From the IMG/VR virus record IMGVR_UViG_3300045988_110372, positions 17,924 through 81,923 of that record: a stretch of 64,000 nucleotides of DNA. One strand, 5' to 3'. The notes beneath the pieces were generated by a model. That model was not told the origin of the DNA. It did not search any database and was given only the letters and a program-made list of their open reading frames with translations. A program made the position numbers and the translations under genes. The DNA comes from a virus. This document shows positions 46,317-55,507 of the stretch, one piece after another; position 1 is the first letter of the stretch, and every line of letters starts with the position of its first letter.

Positions 46317-46676
46317 TTATTTATTGTTAATTGGGTTCTTTTTAAGTTCTGCTATTAGTGCATCGGCAATCTCAACAGACCATTCGACCACATCTGGAAC
46401 ATAGCATCCACAATCAATTCTACCTTTCTCTTGTTGCAGGTTTATGAAGACCTTAGAGTATTCTTTCGCCAATTCGTACCTTCTCGTTTCCCAATCAATA
46501 TTTTTTTCATCCCATCCCAATTCTTTCTTGATTTGGTGGATTTCTCTAAACTCTTTCTCGGCACGTCTATTCTCTCTTGTTATTTCAGCCACACATTCCT
46601 TACATCTGTTCTTATAAGACTTGCTAAATTCTGATAACGGTTTTTCTTTTCCGCATATTTCGCATACCTTTTTCAT
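46317..46676 (-). CDS. Zn-ribbon protein (hypothetical)
   Basis: CEICGK...CKEC at the N-terminus. Confidence 0.55.
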   Translation of the reverse strand: MKKVCEICGKEKPLSEFSKSYKNRCKECVAEITRENRRAEKEFREIHQIKKELGWDEKNIDWETRRYELAKEYSKVFINLQQEKGRIDCGCYVPDVVEWSVEIADALIAELKKNPINNK

Positions 46677-46840
46677 TTTATATCCTTCATATAGTATTTT
46701 ATCAGTTCAATTTTATCTTTATCACTCATATCCGATTTACAGATATTGTTTATATAGTTCACAATTTTGTTTACATCAGCAATCGGTACGACTACCGAAC
46801 GTGGGTCTAATTCGCAAGCCTTGTATTTTCGGAGTTTCAT
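46673..46840 (-). CDS. 55-aa hypothetical protein
   Basis: My translation is MKLRKYKACELDPRSVVVPIADVNKIVNYINNICKSDMSDKDKIELIKYYMKDIK. ATGA overlap with the next gene. Below the track cut-off. Confidence 0.4.
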   Translation of the reverse strand: MKLRKYKACELDPRSVVVPIADVNKIVNYINNICKSDMSDKDKIELIKYYMKDIK

Positions 46841-47013
46841 AAATTAACATTCACCTTTCTTCTTGTTTAGCTTTAAAACAACCTTATTTAGTGAAGTCTT
46901 TAAACTTTTAATTTGTTTTCTAAGTTCTTTGTTTTGCCTTTTCATAGAATCTATTCTTATAATATTATCAATATCCTCTTCTGATTTACTACATTCAATA
47001 TTATGTGCTTTTA

Positions 47014-47274
47014 TTATTTTATTAATGATTGTATTTCTTTTTTCTGATTTTCTATTTTACTTTTAAGTTCATTAACCATTAGACCAGATTCGAGTTCTAT
47101 AATATAACTTTCCAATTCTCCAAGTCTTTGCAGTTTATCTTTATAGAAAGATTTTCTTTCTTCATCATACTTTCTGAATCGTTCGATTGCGAATTTTAAT
47201 TTTGCAATTTCATAATCACGAGCGTCTTTAAACAACGATTTGTTCATAATGTAATCAAATTTTTTATCATCCAT
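47014..47274 (-). CDS. Coiled-coil protein (hypothetical)
   Basis: ORF track. Confidence 0.5.
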   Translation of the reverse strand: MDDKKFDYIMNKSLFKDARDYEIAKLKFAIERFRKYDEERKSFYKDKLQRLGELESYIIELESGLMVNELKSKIENQKKEIQSLIK

Positions 47275-47612
47275 ACTGCATTTTCTTCATCTTGATGTTC
47301 GCTACAATATTCAAACCCTAAACATATATACCAATTCAGCACCCAGCTATCTTTGTAGCACCAAAGCATACATTCTCTTGCGCCTGAATCAATACACTTC
47401 TGAACCAGCTTATCAAGAAGTATACTACCTATCCTCTTCTGCCTTTCATCTTCCGATACGTGAAGCCCTTCAATGTAGGCAATGTCAGGTTCATCGCTGT
47501 AATAATATACTCTTCCAACGGCTTTACCGTTTTCCTCCATAAATATATAATCATCACCCCATCTGTTATGCCTTTCATGCTCTATAAAGTTGTAAAATTC
47601 TTTCTTTCTCAT
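47244..47612 (-). CDS. GNAT-family N-acetyltransferase
   Basis: IEGLHVSEDERQKRIGSILLDKLV, the acetyl-CoA binding Q/RxxGxG/A-type motif. Confidence 0.7.
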   Translation of the reverse strand: MRKKEFYNFIEHERHNRWGDDYIFMEENGKAVGRVYYYSDEPDIAYIEGLHVSEDERQKRIGSILLDKLVQKCIDSGARECMLWCYKDSWVLNWYICLGFEYCSEHQDEENAVWMIKNLITL

Positions 47613-47615
47613 AGC

Positions 47616-47807
47616 TTACAATCCTATCCAACATTTAATATTATCATATAACTCTATCAATTCATTTTTTGACAAATAAGGTTCTATCCAAAATAAATAA
47701 CCTAATGCAATAATCAACCTGCCTACAATCATTAATAGTGTACCAATTATTATCATCGGCAAAAATATAGCATATAGTATTAATAAAAATATAAATTTGA
47801 TTTTCAT
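47616..47807 (-). CDS. Small two-TM membrane protein
   Basis: Almost entirely hydrophobic (FIFLLILYAIFLPMIIIGTLLMIVGRLIIALG). Confidence 0.45.
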   Translation of the reverse strand: MKIKFIFLLILYAIFLPMIIIGTLLMIVGRLIIALGYLFWIEPYLSKNELIELYDNIKCWIGL

Positions 47808-47811
47808 AATC

Positions 47812-48252
47812 TTACTCTTTTATACGTTTACCATTTATATATTTTACAATCTCGCCCGATACACAATACCAATTTTCTTCGCTTGTTCCGTATGAAGCAA
47901 AGTGAGGGTATAAATTAGGTGCTTTTGTGAATAATCTGCGCTTGTGGGCATCCAACAATTCTTTGTTATTTAAAAAGTTTGGTCTTACATTGTCAGCTCG
48001 TTGACTATAATATTTAGCGTTTATAAAATCACTTTTTATATAACAACTTAGACAAAACATGTAATTGTAAAGCCAATCGGAATGGTCTTTATACATCAAA
48101 AATACTGGATGATTTTTCCAGCTTTTGCTGTAACCATTGATACTATTTAAAATTTGACCTGCCTCTATCACTTGCTTATTTAGCCTTCGTTTATCGAGTG
48201 ACATTTCTTGTGCAGTAAAATATGGCTCCGCTAATGGACAAAAAACTTGCAT
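47812..48252 (-). CDS. Pyrimidine-dimer DNA glycosylase-like protein (tentative)
   Basis: N-terminal pattern LDKRRLNKQVIEAGQIL...WKNHPVFLMY resembles the Pyr_excise-type family as I recall it. Weak call. Confidence 0.45.
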   Translation of the reverse strand: MQVFCPLAEPYFTAQEMSLDKRRLNKQVIEAGQILNSINGYSKSWKNHPVFLMYKDHSDWLYNYMFCLSCYIKSDFINAKYYSQRADNVRPNFLNNKELLDAHKRRLFTKAPNLYPHFASYGTSEENWYCVSGEIVKYINGKRIKE

Positions 48253-48255
48253 GAG

Positions 48256-48486
48256 TTACTCCTCCTTCTCGCTAAAATATTCCTTAATTTTCAATCCGAT
48301 TGCACGTGCTTCCTTACTAACTGGCAAAGCTCGCTCTTCTTCTATTTCTTCTACAAACTTGTTTTTGTACCAGATTCGGAATACTTTTTCTTTTCTCACA
48401 AAGTAAACCGACATAGTGTCAATTCTCTTAATTTCAATTTCTCTGCCGAATAATTTTACAAGGCAGTTGATAATGGGTTCTTTCAT
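48256..48486 (-). CDS. Hypothetical protein
   Basis: ORF track. Confidence 0.5.
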   Translation of the reverse strand: MKEPIINCLVKLFGREIEIKRIDTMSVYFVRKEKVFRIWYKNKFVEEIEEERALPVSKEARAIGLKIKEYFSEKEE

Positions 48487-48487
48487 A

Positions 48488-48721
48488 TTACTTCAATTTA
48501 AACATTTTCTTAATAGCTTCATTCTCTATTTTAAGCATATTGGTAAGATTTAATGGGATATTCCTATTAACACTTTCTTTTATGCTTTTGTAGAAAATAT
48601 AGGCAAATTCATTATACTTTTTCTCATTCTCTTCTTTCTTCAACCTATCAGCAATCCGACTGATATAGTTGTCTTTGGGAATTAATGGGTTGGTCATATT
48701 AAAACTCCTTTCAAATAACAT
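48488..48721 (-). CDS. Hypothetical protein
   Basis: ORF track. Confidence 0.5.
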   Translation of the reverse strand: MLFERSFNMTNPLIPKDNYISRIADRLKKEENEKKYNEFAYIFYKSIKESVNRNIPLNLTNMLKIENEAIKKMFKLK

Positions 48722-48963
48722 TCTAAAACTTTTTTTCTGTATAAAACTTTAGTTTTAAACTTCTGCTTTCGATGCCCATAGGAATACTCAAAAGCAACGC
48801 CATGAGGTAAATAGTCCGTTCCGTACAAAGCTATGCTATCGTCAGTTATGCCAATGTAATGTGATTTCTTGACAAGTTTCTTTAACTTTCTAGGAACTCT
48901 TTTGTATATCGCATCAGATATATCAATTGTAGCTTTAATATATGTATTTTTTATTATTCCCAT
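48694..48963 (-). CDS. Hypothetical protein
   Basis: ORF track. Confidence 0.5.
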   Translation of the reverse strand: MGIIKNTYIKATIDISDAIYKRVPRKLKKLVKKSHYIGITDDSIALYGTDYLPHGVAFEYSYGHRKQKFKTKVLYRKKVLECYLKGVLI

Positions 48964-49111
48964 AGATTTCTCCAGTGGCTTTATATAAATTGTACTCTTC
49001 CATTTGTTTATCCCTCTTTTCTTTGCTGATATACAATTCTATATCCTCACTAAAATCGCATGAGTATGAATAACCACCCCAATACTCTTTTGCTATCCCG
49101 TATATTTTCAT
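48935..49111 (-). CDS. 58-aa hypothetical protein
   Basis: My translation is MKIYGIAKEYWGGYSYSCDFSEDIELYISKEKRDKQMEEYNLYKATGEIYGNNKKYIY. It starts 2 nt after the Dam stop. Confidence 0.35.
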   Translation of the reverse strand: MKIYGIAKEYWGGYSYSCDFSEDIELYISKEKRDKQMEEYNLYKATGEIYGNNKKYIY

Positions 49112-49112
49112 A

Positions 49113-49883
49113 TCAAAATAGCTTTAATTCGTTAGACATATATTTATCAGCTATACTTTCGTGAACGAATAGTTTCTCGGTTGGCTTGTATGTATTCTTT
49201 AAGCTCATTGAATTAGTAACTTGTTTTTGCCAAACACATACAAAATCTTCGGGTGCTTGATACTCCGATATAATAACATCATTGCCCTCTCTCGTCATTC
49301 GTCTACACCAACTATAAAAGGTGTCGTGATTAAAATCTTTTGAAGTCAAATACTGTTTAGTGCCTTTATATGGGATATCACAATATATAACTGATTTTTT
49401 AGGCATTTCGTAGCTATCATAACTGCCACACCAAAACTCAACACCTTGCAGCTTATCTACTTGTGAAAGGGTGTTTTTTATTTGATTACCTATAAAATCA
49501 ACACCATTTGAATTATGACTTGAATACCCACCGTCATAAAACCTTCCGTTAAAACTACCCATAAATCCAATCCAACCAATCATAGCTTCTTCCAATGTAT
49601 CACCCAATCCGTTAAATCTTTTTTGATTGAATTTGGCACGATATTCAGAATAAAGCTCTTTGCTAATTGTTTTAGGGAAATTATGACCTCCACAAAGAAA
49701 TCTCCACATTGCTATAAGATAGTTATTTTTATCAGAAGCAAGTCGTTTAGAGTGATTTATGTTACACATCATATTCATCCCCCCGCTGAATGGTTCTACA
49801 TAATATCTATTTTTAGTTAAGTGTTTTGTGAGAATAGGTTCAATATCTTTTGCTATTCTTGCTTTACTACCCATATACTTCAT
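49113..49883 (-). CDS. dam: DNA adenine N6-methyltransferase (D12 class, Dam-like)
   Basis: N-terminal MKYMGSKARIAKDI, EPFSGG, and the catalytic DIPY (DPPY variant). Confidence 0.85.
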   Translation of the reverse strand: MKYMGSKARIAKDIEPILTKHLTKNRYYVEPFSGGMNMMCNINHSKRLASDKNNYLIAMWRFLCGGHNFPKTISKELYSEYRAKFNQKRFNGLGDTLEEAMIGWIGFMGSFNGRFYDGGYSSHNSNGVDFIGNQIKNTLSQVDKLQGVEFWCGSYDSYEMPKKSVIYCDIPYKGTKQYLTSKDFNHDTFYSWCRRMTREGNDVIISEYQAPEDFVCVWQKQVTNSMSLKNTYKPTEKLFVHESIADKYMSNELKLF

Positions 49884-49902
49884 TCGTTTATCTCCTATAT
49901 AT

Positions 49903-50460
49903 TTAATTGATTTTTAATTTTCCGTTTTCAAGTCGTTCAGCAAATCCTTTTCTATACAGCCTATTCAGCATATTTGTTACTGCTATTTTAGTTGTATGAA
50001 ATTCTTCTGCTAATTTATATTTAAAGGTATCAATAGTACCACCGAAATATTCACTTTTATGTTTAAGATAGGAATAAAAGATAAGTAACTCACCTTTCAA
50101 TCCACTTTCAAGAAGTAAAGGGAAAAACTTCCCTTTTATGATTTTAGGTTGTATTTTAATAAGACTTTGTTTAAGATTTATGTCGCTATAATAATCTAAA
50201 GTCTTTAACGCATTGAATACAGACTTATTTGCTATACCTAAAGTATTTGCCAACTTTCTTTGACTTATACTATACATGGTAACAACATTGTCCCATTCTA
50301 AGGTATTTACTATTTCATTATAGTCTAATTCTGTGCCATCAGATGTGAAAGCACAATCAATCAAAGTAATTGATTTGTAGATAAGAAAAGAATAAATAAT
50401 CTTTTCGTTAGGAGTATATTCCATCTCGGATAATAGCTCCTGATAAAACATCATTTTCAT
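49903..50460 (-). CDS. Winged-helix DNA-binding protein (candidate iteron-binding initiator/regulator)
   Basis: Two HTH-like segments: SQRKLANTLGIANKSVFNALKTL and TTKIAVTNMLNRLYRKGFAERLENGKL. It lies directly downstream of the iteron array. Confidence 0.6.
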   Translation of the reverse strand: MKMMFYQELLSEMEYTPNEKIIYSFLIYKSITLIDCAFTSDGTELDYNEIVNTLEWDNVVTMYSISQRKLANTLGIANKSVFNALKTLDYYSDINLKQSLIKIQPKIIKGKFFPLLLESGLKGELLIFYSYLKHKSEYFGGTIDTFKYKLAEEFHTTKIAVTNMLNRLYRKGFAERLENGKLKIN

Positions 50461-50575
50461 AATCGCAGTATTTTATTCGCTCGCAGTTAGGTTGAACAAA
50501 AGCGACTTTGGAGGAGAGCAACTGCGAAAACTCTTATCATTGGGTAGCTACTCCCAACTACCTCCTAATCGCTTT

Positions 50576-50583
50576 GCAAATAT
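50576..50583 (-). promoter_or_regulatory. TATATTTG -7 box (minus strand) for gene 49903-50460
   Basis: Plus strand reads caaatata. A GC-rich structured leader of about 110 nt follows. Confidence 0.4.
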
Positions 50584-50626
50584 AATAAAATATTTTAAAT
50601 GTGCAAAATAAAATACCACTTTTTAT

Positions 50627-50759
50627 TGTAGTAAATCTGCTATATATCCATTTAAATTAAGTGTAGTAAATTTGATATACCCCGTAGTAAATTTGATATA
50701 TACCTAAAGCAAAGTGTAGTAAAATAGATATATGCCAAATGTAGTAAATCTACTATATT
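50627..50759. repeat. Five direct iteron-like repeats, consensus YGTAGTAAAWNTRMTATAT
   Basis: Copies start at 50627, 50662, 50683, 50715 and 50740: tgtagtaaatctgctatat, tgtagtaaatttgatatac, cgtagtaaatttgatatat, tgtagtaaaatagatatat, tgtagtaaatctactatat. Confidence 0.7.
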
Positions 50760-50850
50760 GTCATTAAATAAGACATCAGCAAATATAATAACATGAAATA
50801 TTTACACTAAAGCCATTTAAGCCAAATGGCAAGAAAGATAATTTAAGTTT

Positions 50851-51315
50851 TTATTCCATTAGGTCATACATAAACTCGTAGAAATCCTGATATACTTTCG
50901 GAGTTTCATTTATTTGCAGTTCATGGTCTTGAATTGTAATAATAAAACCATCGTCTATGGCATAATAACTAACTACCTTTTTTCTTCCGTTCTTGTCAAG
51001 TCTTACCTTTAACTCGTATGTAACCGTAGAAGTCTTGTCATTTTCAAGTCTAGTCTTTATGTTATTCAGTTTCTCCTTTTGACTATCAAGCATAATATCT
51101 TTCAATGATTCAATTCTGCCTATTATATCCAGTGCATCTTTGTTGCATAACGTATCAATAGGCTCTATGCTTGTTATACTTTCAAATTCAGTAGGATTGT
51201 CAAAGTCCGTTCTCACATAGTTCATAAACTCGTCCTTTACATAATCTTCTGCCGTTTTCTCTGCACATGACATCAAGGCAAATACGGCAAATGCTGATAA
51301 AAATAACTTTTTCAT
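50851..51315 (-). CDS. Lipoprotein (hypothetical)
   Basis: Signal peptide with a lipobox: MKKLFLSAFAVFALMSC. Confidence 0.7.
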   Translation of the reverse strand: MKKLFLSAFAVFALMSCAEKTAEDYVKDEFMNYVRTDFDNPTEFESITSIEPIDTLCNKDALDIIGRIESLKDIMLDSQKEKLNNIKTRLENDKTSTVTYELKVRLDKNGRKKVVSYYAIDDGFIITIQDHELQINETPKVYQDFYEFMYDLME

Positions 51316-51319
51316 AATT

Positions 51320-51763
51320 CTACTTATTAATTAAATCCTTATACTTCTTTTCAATATCCCTATGATAGCTATAATTCGCTCTAGGATTGTGCAGCTTAAT
51401 TGCTAGATGTAAGTCTTTCTCAGGATTGAAATATGACTGATACAAGTTAAACATTTCAATAGACTTACTTCTGCTATATCGGTCGGATAGCTTGTACTTC
51501 TCATGTCCGGCAATCTTATTGCATTGCTTCAAGTAAATAGGGGTTATCTGCAAGCATCCTACTGCATTGCTTTTGTGGTTTACAGAATTATCATTTCCTC
51601 TGCTCTCTCTCCAAATTATAGCTTCTATTAATTTGTTCCAATCCACGGTTTGTTTTTCTATCCTTACAACCTCTATACAATCCTTTTCTTCAGGAATAGT
51701 TTTTGCCCAAATAAACGATGTTATTAGGCATGATATTAATGCGGTTATTATGGTATCTTTCAT
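51320..51763 (-). CDS. Lytic transglycosylase (SLT / GH23-like) with an N-terminal anchor
   Basis: IIWRESRGN (catalytic Glu) ... AVGCLQITPIY. Confidence 0.8.
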   Translation of the reverse strand: MKDTIITALISCLITSFIWAKTIPEEKDCIEVVRIEKQTVDWNKLIEAIIWRESRGNDNSVNHKSNAVGCLQITPIYLKQCNKIAGHEKYKLSDRYSRSKSIEMFNLYQSYFNPEKDLHLAIKLHNPRANYSYHRDIEKKYKDLINK

Positions 51764-51773
51764 AACTTAATCC

Positions 51774-52154
51774 TTAATATTTATTCTCACTCTCTTTATT
51801 TCTCTCATACCAAGACATCTTCTTTCCGAACTCTTCGTCATATTCGTACTTTTCGTTCAAGTTACTCATGTTAAATCGCTTCGACTTATTCAGCAAATAC
51901 AAGCATCTTTGCGTGTGTTTCTTGTCGTATTCTTCCTTATTCCCTTTCTTGTGGTGGAATGATTCAAGCACACAAGTTTCCGCTTCGATAAGCTGGTTTA
52001 ATCTGTCCTCTTTAATGCTATTAAGATATTCGACATAGCAAGCGTTCAAATCAATAAAATCTATCTTGTCTTTCAGCATCAAAGCAAGTAAGCCGTATTT
52101 AATTTCCTGCTTTGGCTTTTTACATAACTCTTCCAATAGTTCAAATGTGCTCAT
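51774..52154 (-). CDS. Hypothetical protein
   Basis: ORF track. Confidence 0.5.
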   Translation of the reverse strand: MSTFELLEELCKKPKQEIKYGLLALMLKDKIDFIDLNACYVEYLNSIKEDRLNQLIEAETCVLESFHHKKGNKEEYDKKHTQRCLYLLNKSKRFNMSNLNEKYEYDEEFGKKMSWYERNKESENKY

Positions 52155-52157
52155 AAT

Positions 52158-52505
52158 TCAATCCTTTATAATTTCTATTATTTTTGAATGCCCTTTGTTA
52201 CAAGTATATCCGAATCCTTGCTTATATCTTAACAATACCTTATCACCTAATTTAGGCATATTCTTCTGATTGAAGCCGATATTACCTAACAATGTGGCTT
52301 TATATCTACCTTCTTTATCCTCAACGATAAAGACAAATCTATTAGAAACTGCTCCCCATGAGTTAGAACTTCTGTGAACAACCACACCGCGCCAAAATAC
52401 ATAAGGCTTTTTCTTTTCCCTATCCAATGATTCGGCAACCTTATTTAATTGCCTTCTCTTTAACTCTTCTATTAATTGGCTATCGGTACATTCTGACAAA
52501 TCCAT
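52158..52505 (-). CDS. Hypothetical protein
   Basis: ORF track. Confidence 0.5.
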   Translation of the reverse strand: MDLSECTDSQLIEELKRRQLNKVAESLDREKKKPYVFWRGVVVHRSSNSWGAVSNRFVFIVEDKEGRYKATLLGNIGFNQKNMPKLGDKVLLRYKQGFGYTCNKGHSKIIEIIKD

Positions 52506-52691
52506 AATACTCTAAATTTACTATCTTATTTGCTCTAATTTCAATTATCTCTACTTATACTATATAATTACACTATTAATAAAAGAAAGTCGCTAAAATA
52601 GGCTTATATAAAATTATCTGTTGGGCTTGCAAGCTGAATTAACACTTTCACCTAAAATTGCCAAAAACATAAGTACGATAAATAACATGGT

Positions 52692-52850
52692 TCAGTCCTC
52701 CCAATTCTTTAAGTTTTCCATTAATTCGATTAATTCATCCTCTCCGACATTCTTATTGTCTATTGCGTCAATTATCTTTTCGGTTTCTTCACCTGTATAA
52801 TTCAAGTAGTTCAGCAATCTTACTATTTTATTTTCTTCATGTATCTTCAT
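52692..52850 (-). CDS. 52-aa acidic hypothetical protein
   Basis: My translation is MKIHEENKIVRLLNYLNYTGEETEKIIDAIDNKNVGEDELIELMENLKNWED. It starts 2 nt after the upstream stop. Confidence 0.35.
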   Translation of the reverse strand: MKIHEENKIVRLLNYLNYTGEETEKIIDAIDNKNVGEDELIELMENLKNWED

Positions 52851-52851
52851 A

Positions 52852-53052
52852 TCATTTCAGTATTTTATCTGTTAAACAGTTCATTTCCTCTTTTAAACTC
52901 TTTGCAAACTTCTTCCCTGATTCGGTCTGCAAATTGTATGCAGTAAGCATTATGTAAAGCAAACCGATAATGTTAGGTATTACTGTTTCTGACTTATTCA
53001 ATACCAACAGACAAGGTAAGAATAATATTGTGGATAAAAAGATGGTTTTCAT
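52852..53052 (-). CDS. Small membrane protein
   Basis: ORF track. Two hydrophobic segments. Confidence 0.45.
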   Translation of the reverse strand: MKTIFLSTILFLPCLLVLNKSETVIPNIIGLLYIMLTAYNLQTESGKKFAKSLKEEMNCLTDKILK

Positions 53053-53064
53053 AGCTCAATCTGT

Positions 53065-53268
53065 TTAAAAATTACATGAATCCAAAAGTTTTCCGCTTTC
53101 GCTTTCACAAAATATTTGTCCGTGTTTATATTTAAGCCTTGCACCCATTGCCATACCAGTCTTATATAGTATCAAATCACGTTCAAATGTTTCAGGATGA
53201 ACACACCAATCAGCAATTAATATTTTATTTTTACCGTTATTTACTATTGCATAAAATTTAACATTCAT
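53065..53268 (-). CDS. Hypothetical protein
   Basis: ORF track. Confidence 0.45.
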   Translation of the reverse strand: MNVKFYAIVNNGKNKILIADWCVHPETFERDLILYKTGMAMGARLKYKHGQIFCESESGKLLDSCNF

Positions 53269-53285
53269 AATTCAATCTCCTATAA

Positions 53286-54035
53286 TTAAAGTTCATAAAT
53301 ATTTCTTAAACTATTATACATAGCACGTGCTCTCTTTTTATCAAAAGGTAGTCCGCTTGAAGTAACTTTGCCACGTTTATTCAGTTCGTCTGCAATAGGT
53401 TGGAAGTTCGTATTTGCGGTTATCTTTCCGTGAATCATTTGATAGTCCGTTATAAACTCCCAAAAAGCCTTATTTGCCGGATTCATACGAGCTTTTTCTC
53501 GTCTAATCTGTGCTGATGCTTGGGAAGCTTCACTAATTGCCTTAGTTCGGTCTGTATTTCCTTTTTTGCTCCCCCAAAGGTTATTTGTACCGCCTATCTC
53601 TTTATGGTTTGCTTTTCTTGCATCCAAACCCGCTTTAGTTCGTTGCCTGATGTTATTCAATTCAATTTCAGCAGCAAGCGACAAGGCAAACAATAACGCT
53701 TTCCCTCCGATAGATTTATTCTCTATAATTGTACCGTCTTTAGCCTGAACGATAGTTATTTCTCTTTCGCTTGCCTCTGTAATAATCTGAAATAGGTCAG
53801 ACATATTTCTCCCCAAACGTGATAATTCACTGATATAAATTGTACTACCTTTGTCACATTGCTTTAGTAGTTCATTCAGCTTTCTTTCTGTATGCTTTAC
53901 AGACCCGCTAACCTTTTCAACAACTTGCAATAGTTCGGCTGTTTCATTTATACGGCTTAAATAGTCCGTGATACATTGCATTTGCTGGGTGAAGTCTTGT
54001 GCTTCTGAACTTACACGAAGATATAGATATTTCAT
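53286..54035 (-). CDS. Small serine recombinase (resolvase/invertase family)
   Basis: YLYLRVSSEAQD (catalytic Ser), ISELSRLGRN, and RTKAGL. At 249 aa it has no large-serine-integrase C-terminal domains. Confidence 0.85.
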   Translation of the reverse strand: MKYLYLRVSSEAQDFTQQMQCITDYLSRINETAELLQVVEKVSGSVKHTERKLNELLKQCDKGSTIYISELSRLGRNMSDLFQIITEASEREITIVQAKDGTIIENKSIGGKALLFALSLAAEIELNNIRQRTKAGLDARKANHKEIGGTNNLWGSKKGNTDRTKAISEASQASAQIRREKARMNPANKAFWEFITDYQMIHGKITANTNFQPIADELNKRGKVTSSGLPFDKKRARAMYNSLRNIYEL

Positions 54036-54042
54036 AATTCAA

Positions 54043-54240
54043 TCAATCTAATTTTGTCAACAACTCATTTATTTGCTTTTGAATGTCGCTTATTGCATCC
54101 CTTATTTCCGCTTTCTTTTTTGAATGAAGCGTACTAAAGTTGTAACCGTTTAGTGCGGTCAATGTATCGTGAAACATTTCCATTTCACACATGTAGCCGA
54201 ACAAAATAGTTCGTTTTATCTGCTTTTCTTTGTCGGACAT
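54043..54240 (-). CDS. Hypothetical protein
   Basis: ORF track. Confidence 0.45.
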   Translation of the reverse strand: MSDKEKQIKRTILFGYMCEMEMFHDTLTALNGYNFSTLHSKKKAEIRDAISDIQKQINELLTKLD

Positions 54241-54252
54241 GGTTCGGTTAAT

Positions 54253-54501
54253 TTAAAATTGTGGTTTATTCATTAAAACTCTTTTTGTATTAATCCACAT
54301 TATTAAATCTTTAAAGGCTGATATTTTTAAACTTGCGTCTAAAGTAGTCATACCCTTACTTCTTTCGTGATTCCAGTTTACACCCTTGTAAAAAAGCGCA
54401 TTCTCTTCACTTATACCACATTCAGGGAAAACTGAATAAATGTAGTTTACCTTTTTGGTTAAACTATTCAAATAGCTAATTTGTTTGTCTGTTGCTAACA
54501 T
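54253..54501 (-). CDS. Hypothetical protein (ATDKQISYLNSL motif)
   Basis: ORF track. Confidence 0.5.
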   Translation of the reverse strand: MLATDKQISYLNSLTKKVNYIYSVFPECGISEENALFYKGVNWNHERSKGMTTLDASLKISAFKDLIMWINTKRVLMNKPQF

Positions 54502-54580
54502 AATTCAATAATAAAAAGTTCGTGCCCGCTTTCAGACCTCACACTGACGGGAAGGTTTCAAACCTTTGCGGGCTATATTG

Positions 54581-54820
54581 TTACACTCTGTTTCCGTATA
54601 AATTCAACTTTGCGTTGTTAATTTCACGTACCGTTATTTCATTGCCTAAAGAATCGTACTTTATGTATTTGTAGTGACAATTTCTAAGGTTGTGAAACAT
54701 CTTTGCTTTATTTGCGGTTGCAAACGTTTCGTTAACCTGATATTTGCGCCAAATTGCAGCCGTGAATCTAGGTGCAACGTTTTTCAATTCGGATATAATT
54801 ATAATTTCCATATACTTCAC
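54581..54820 (-). CDS. Hypothetical protein
   Basis: ORF track. Confidence 0.45.
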   Translation of the reverse strand: MKYMEIIIISELKNVAPRFTAAIWRKYQVNETFATANKAKMFHNLRNCHYKYIKYDSLGNEITVREINNAKLNLYGNRV

Positions 54821-55117
54821 ATTTATAAGTTAGACTTTATTGCTATGCTTTCAAGTTCTTCTAAGACTTTTTCGTTATCTATTTCATCGTATTGGATTGA
54901 ATAAACTTCATTTTCTCAGTCGTAACAATAGATAAATGTATCTTATTTGCCGTGAAAAGATTCATAATTAATTCAATCGGCTTTAGTTCTTTGCTTTCGA
55001 GTTCAAACATGGTTATTTACTTATTAATAGGTTTTATCCATATATATTTAGCGGTTATACTATTACTACCTGCATATATACCAAATTTTCTCACTCCTTT
55101 GATAGTTGTTTGTATTA

Positions 55118-55507
55118 TTAATAAATCTTATAAGGCGTATAATCAATATTATTTGCTTTTGCTATTTCTTCAGCCTTTTTTTCGATAGCTTTATAAGATA
55201 TTGCAATAATAAAGTATATTCTTTCGTTATGTTCTTGCAATCTGTTCACGTTGAAATTAAAGTTTTCAAAATTTAGTTTATCAGCATACAAACCGTATTT
55301 TTGCACATATAACAGTTTATTATTTGCCCAATTTTCCATAACTTTAATATAGTTATTGTTTGCGTTCTTCTTTAAAGCCCAAACGCAAAAACCGTCTTGA
55401 ATACTTTTGTATGCTTCTTTTCTTGTTAGCAAATTATATTTTTTAGATGCTTTTTCATTTAATAATATATTTGTAGCTTCTAGTTTAATCTGATATAAAT
55501 CTTTCAT
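55118..55507 (-). CDS. Hypothetical protein
   Basis: ORF track. Confidence 0.5.
   Translation of the reverse strand: MKDLYQIKLEATNILLNEKASKKYNLLTRKEAYKSIQDGFCVWALKKNANNNYIKVMENWANNKLLYVQKYGLYADKLNFENFNFNVNRLQEHNERIYFIIAISYKAIEKKAEEIAKANNIDYTPYKIY

Noticed and set aside
50627-50759. CRISPR array
   Set aside because: The repeats are only 19-21 nt and imperfect. The spacers are 2-14 nt and irregular. No cas genes are present. The iteron/operator interpretation fits better.
53030-53038. Perfect DnaA box (TGTGGATAA)
   Set aside because: It is a single isolated copy inside a coding region (ORF 52852-53052). With no cluster, it is probably a chance match.
53286-54035. Serine recombinase as proof of a temperate, integrating lifestyle
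   Set aside because: It is a small resolvase/invertase type without integrase C-terminal domains. No att-like site, tyrosine integrase or CI-like repressor module was seen in the window.
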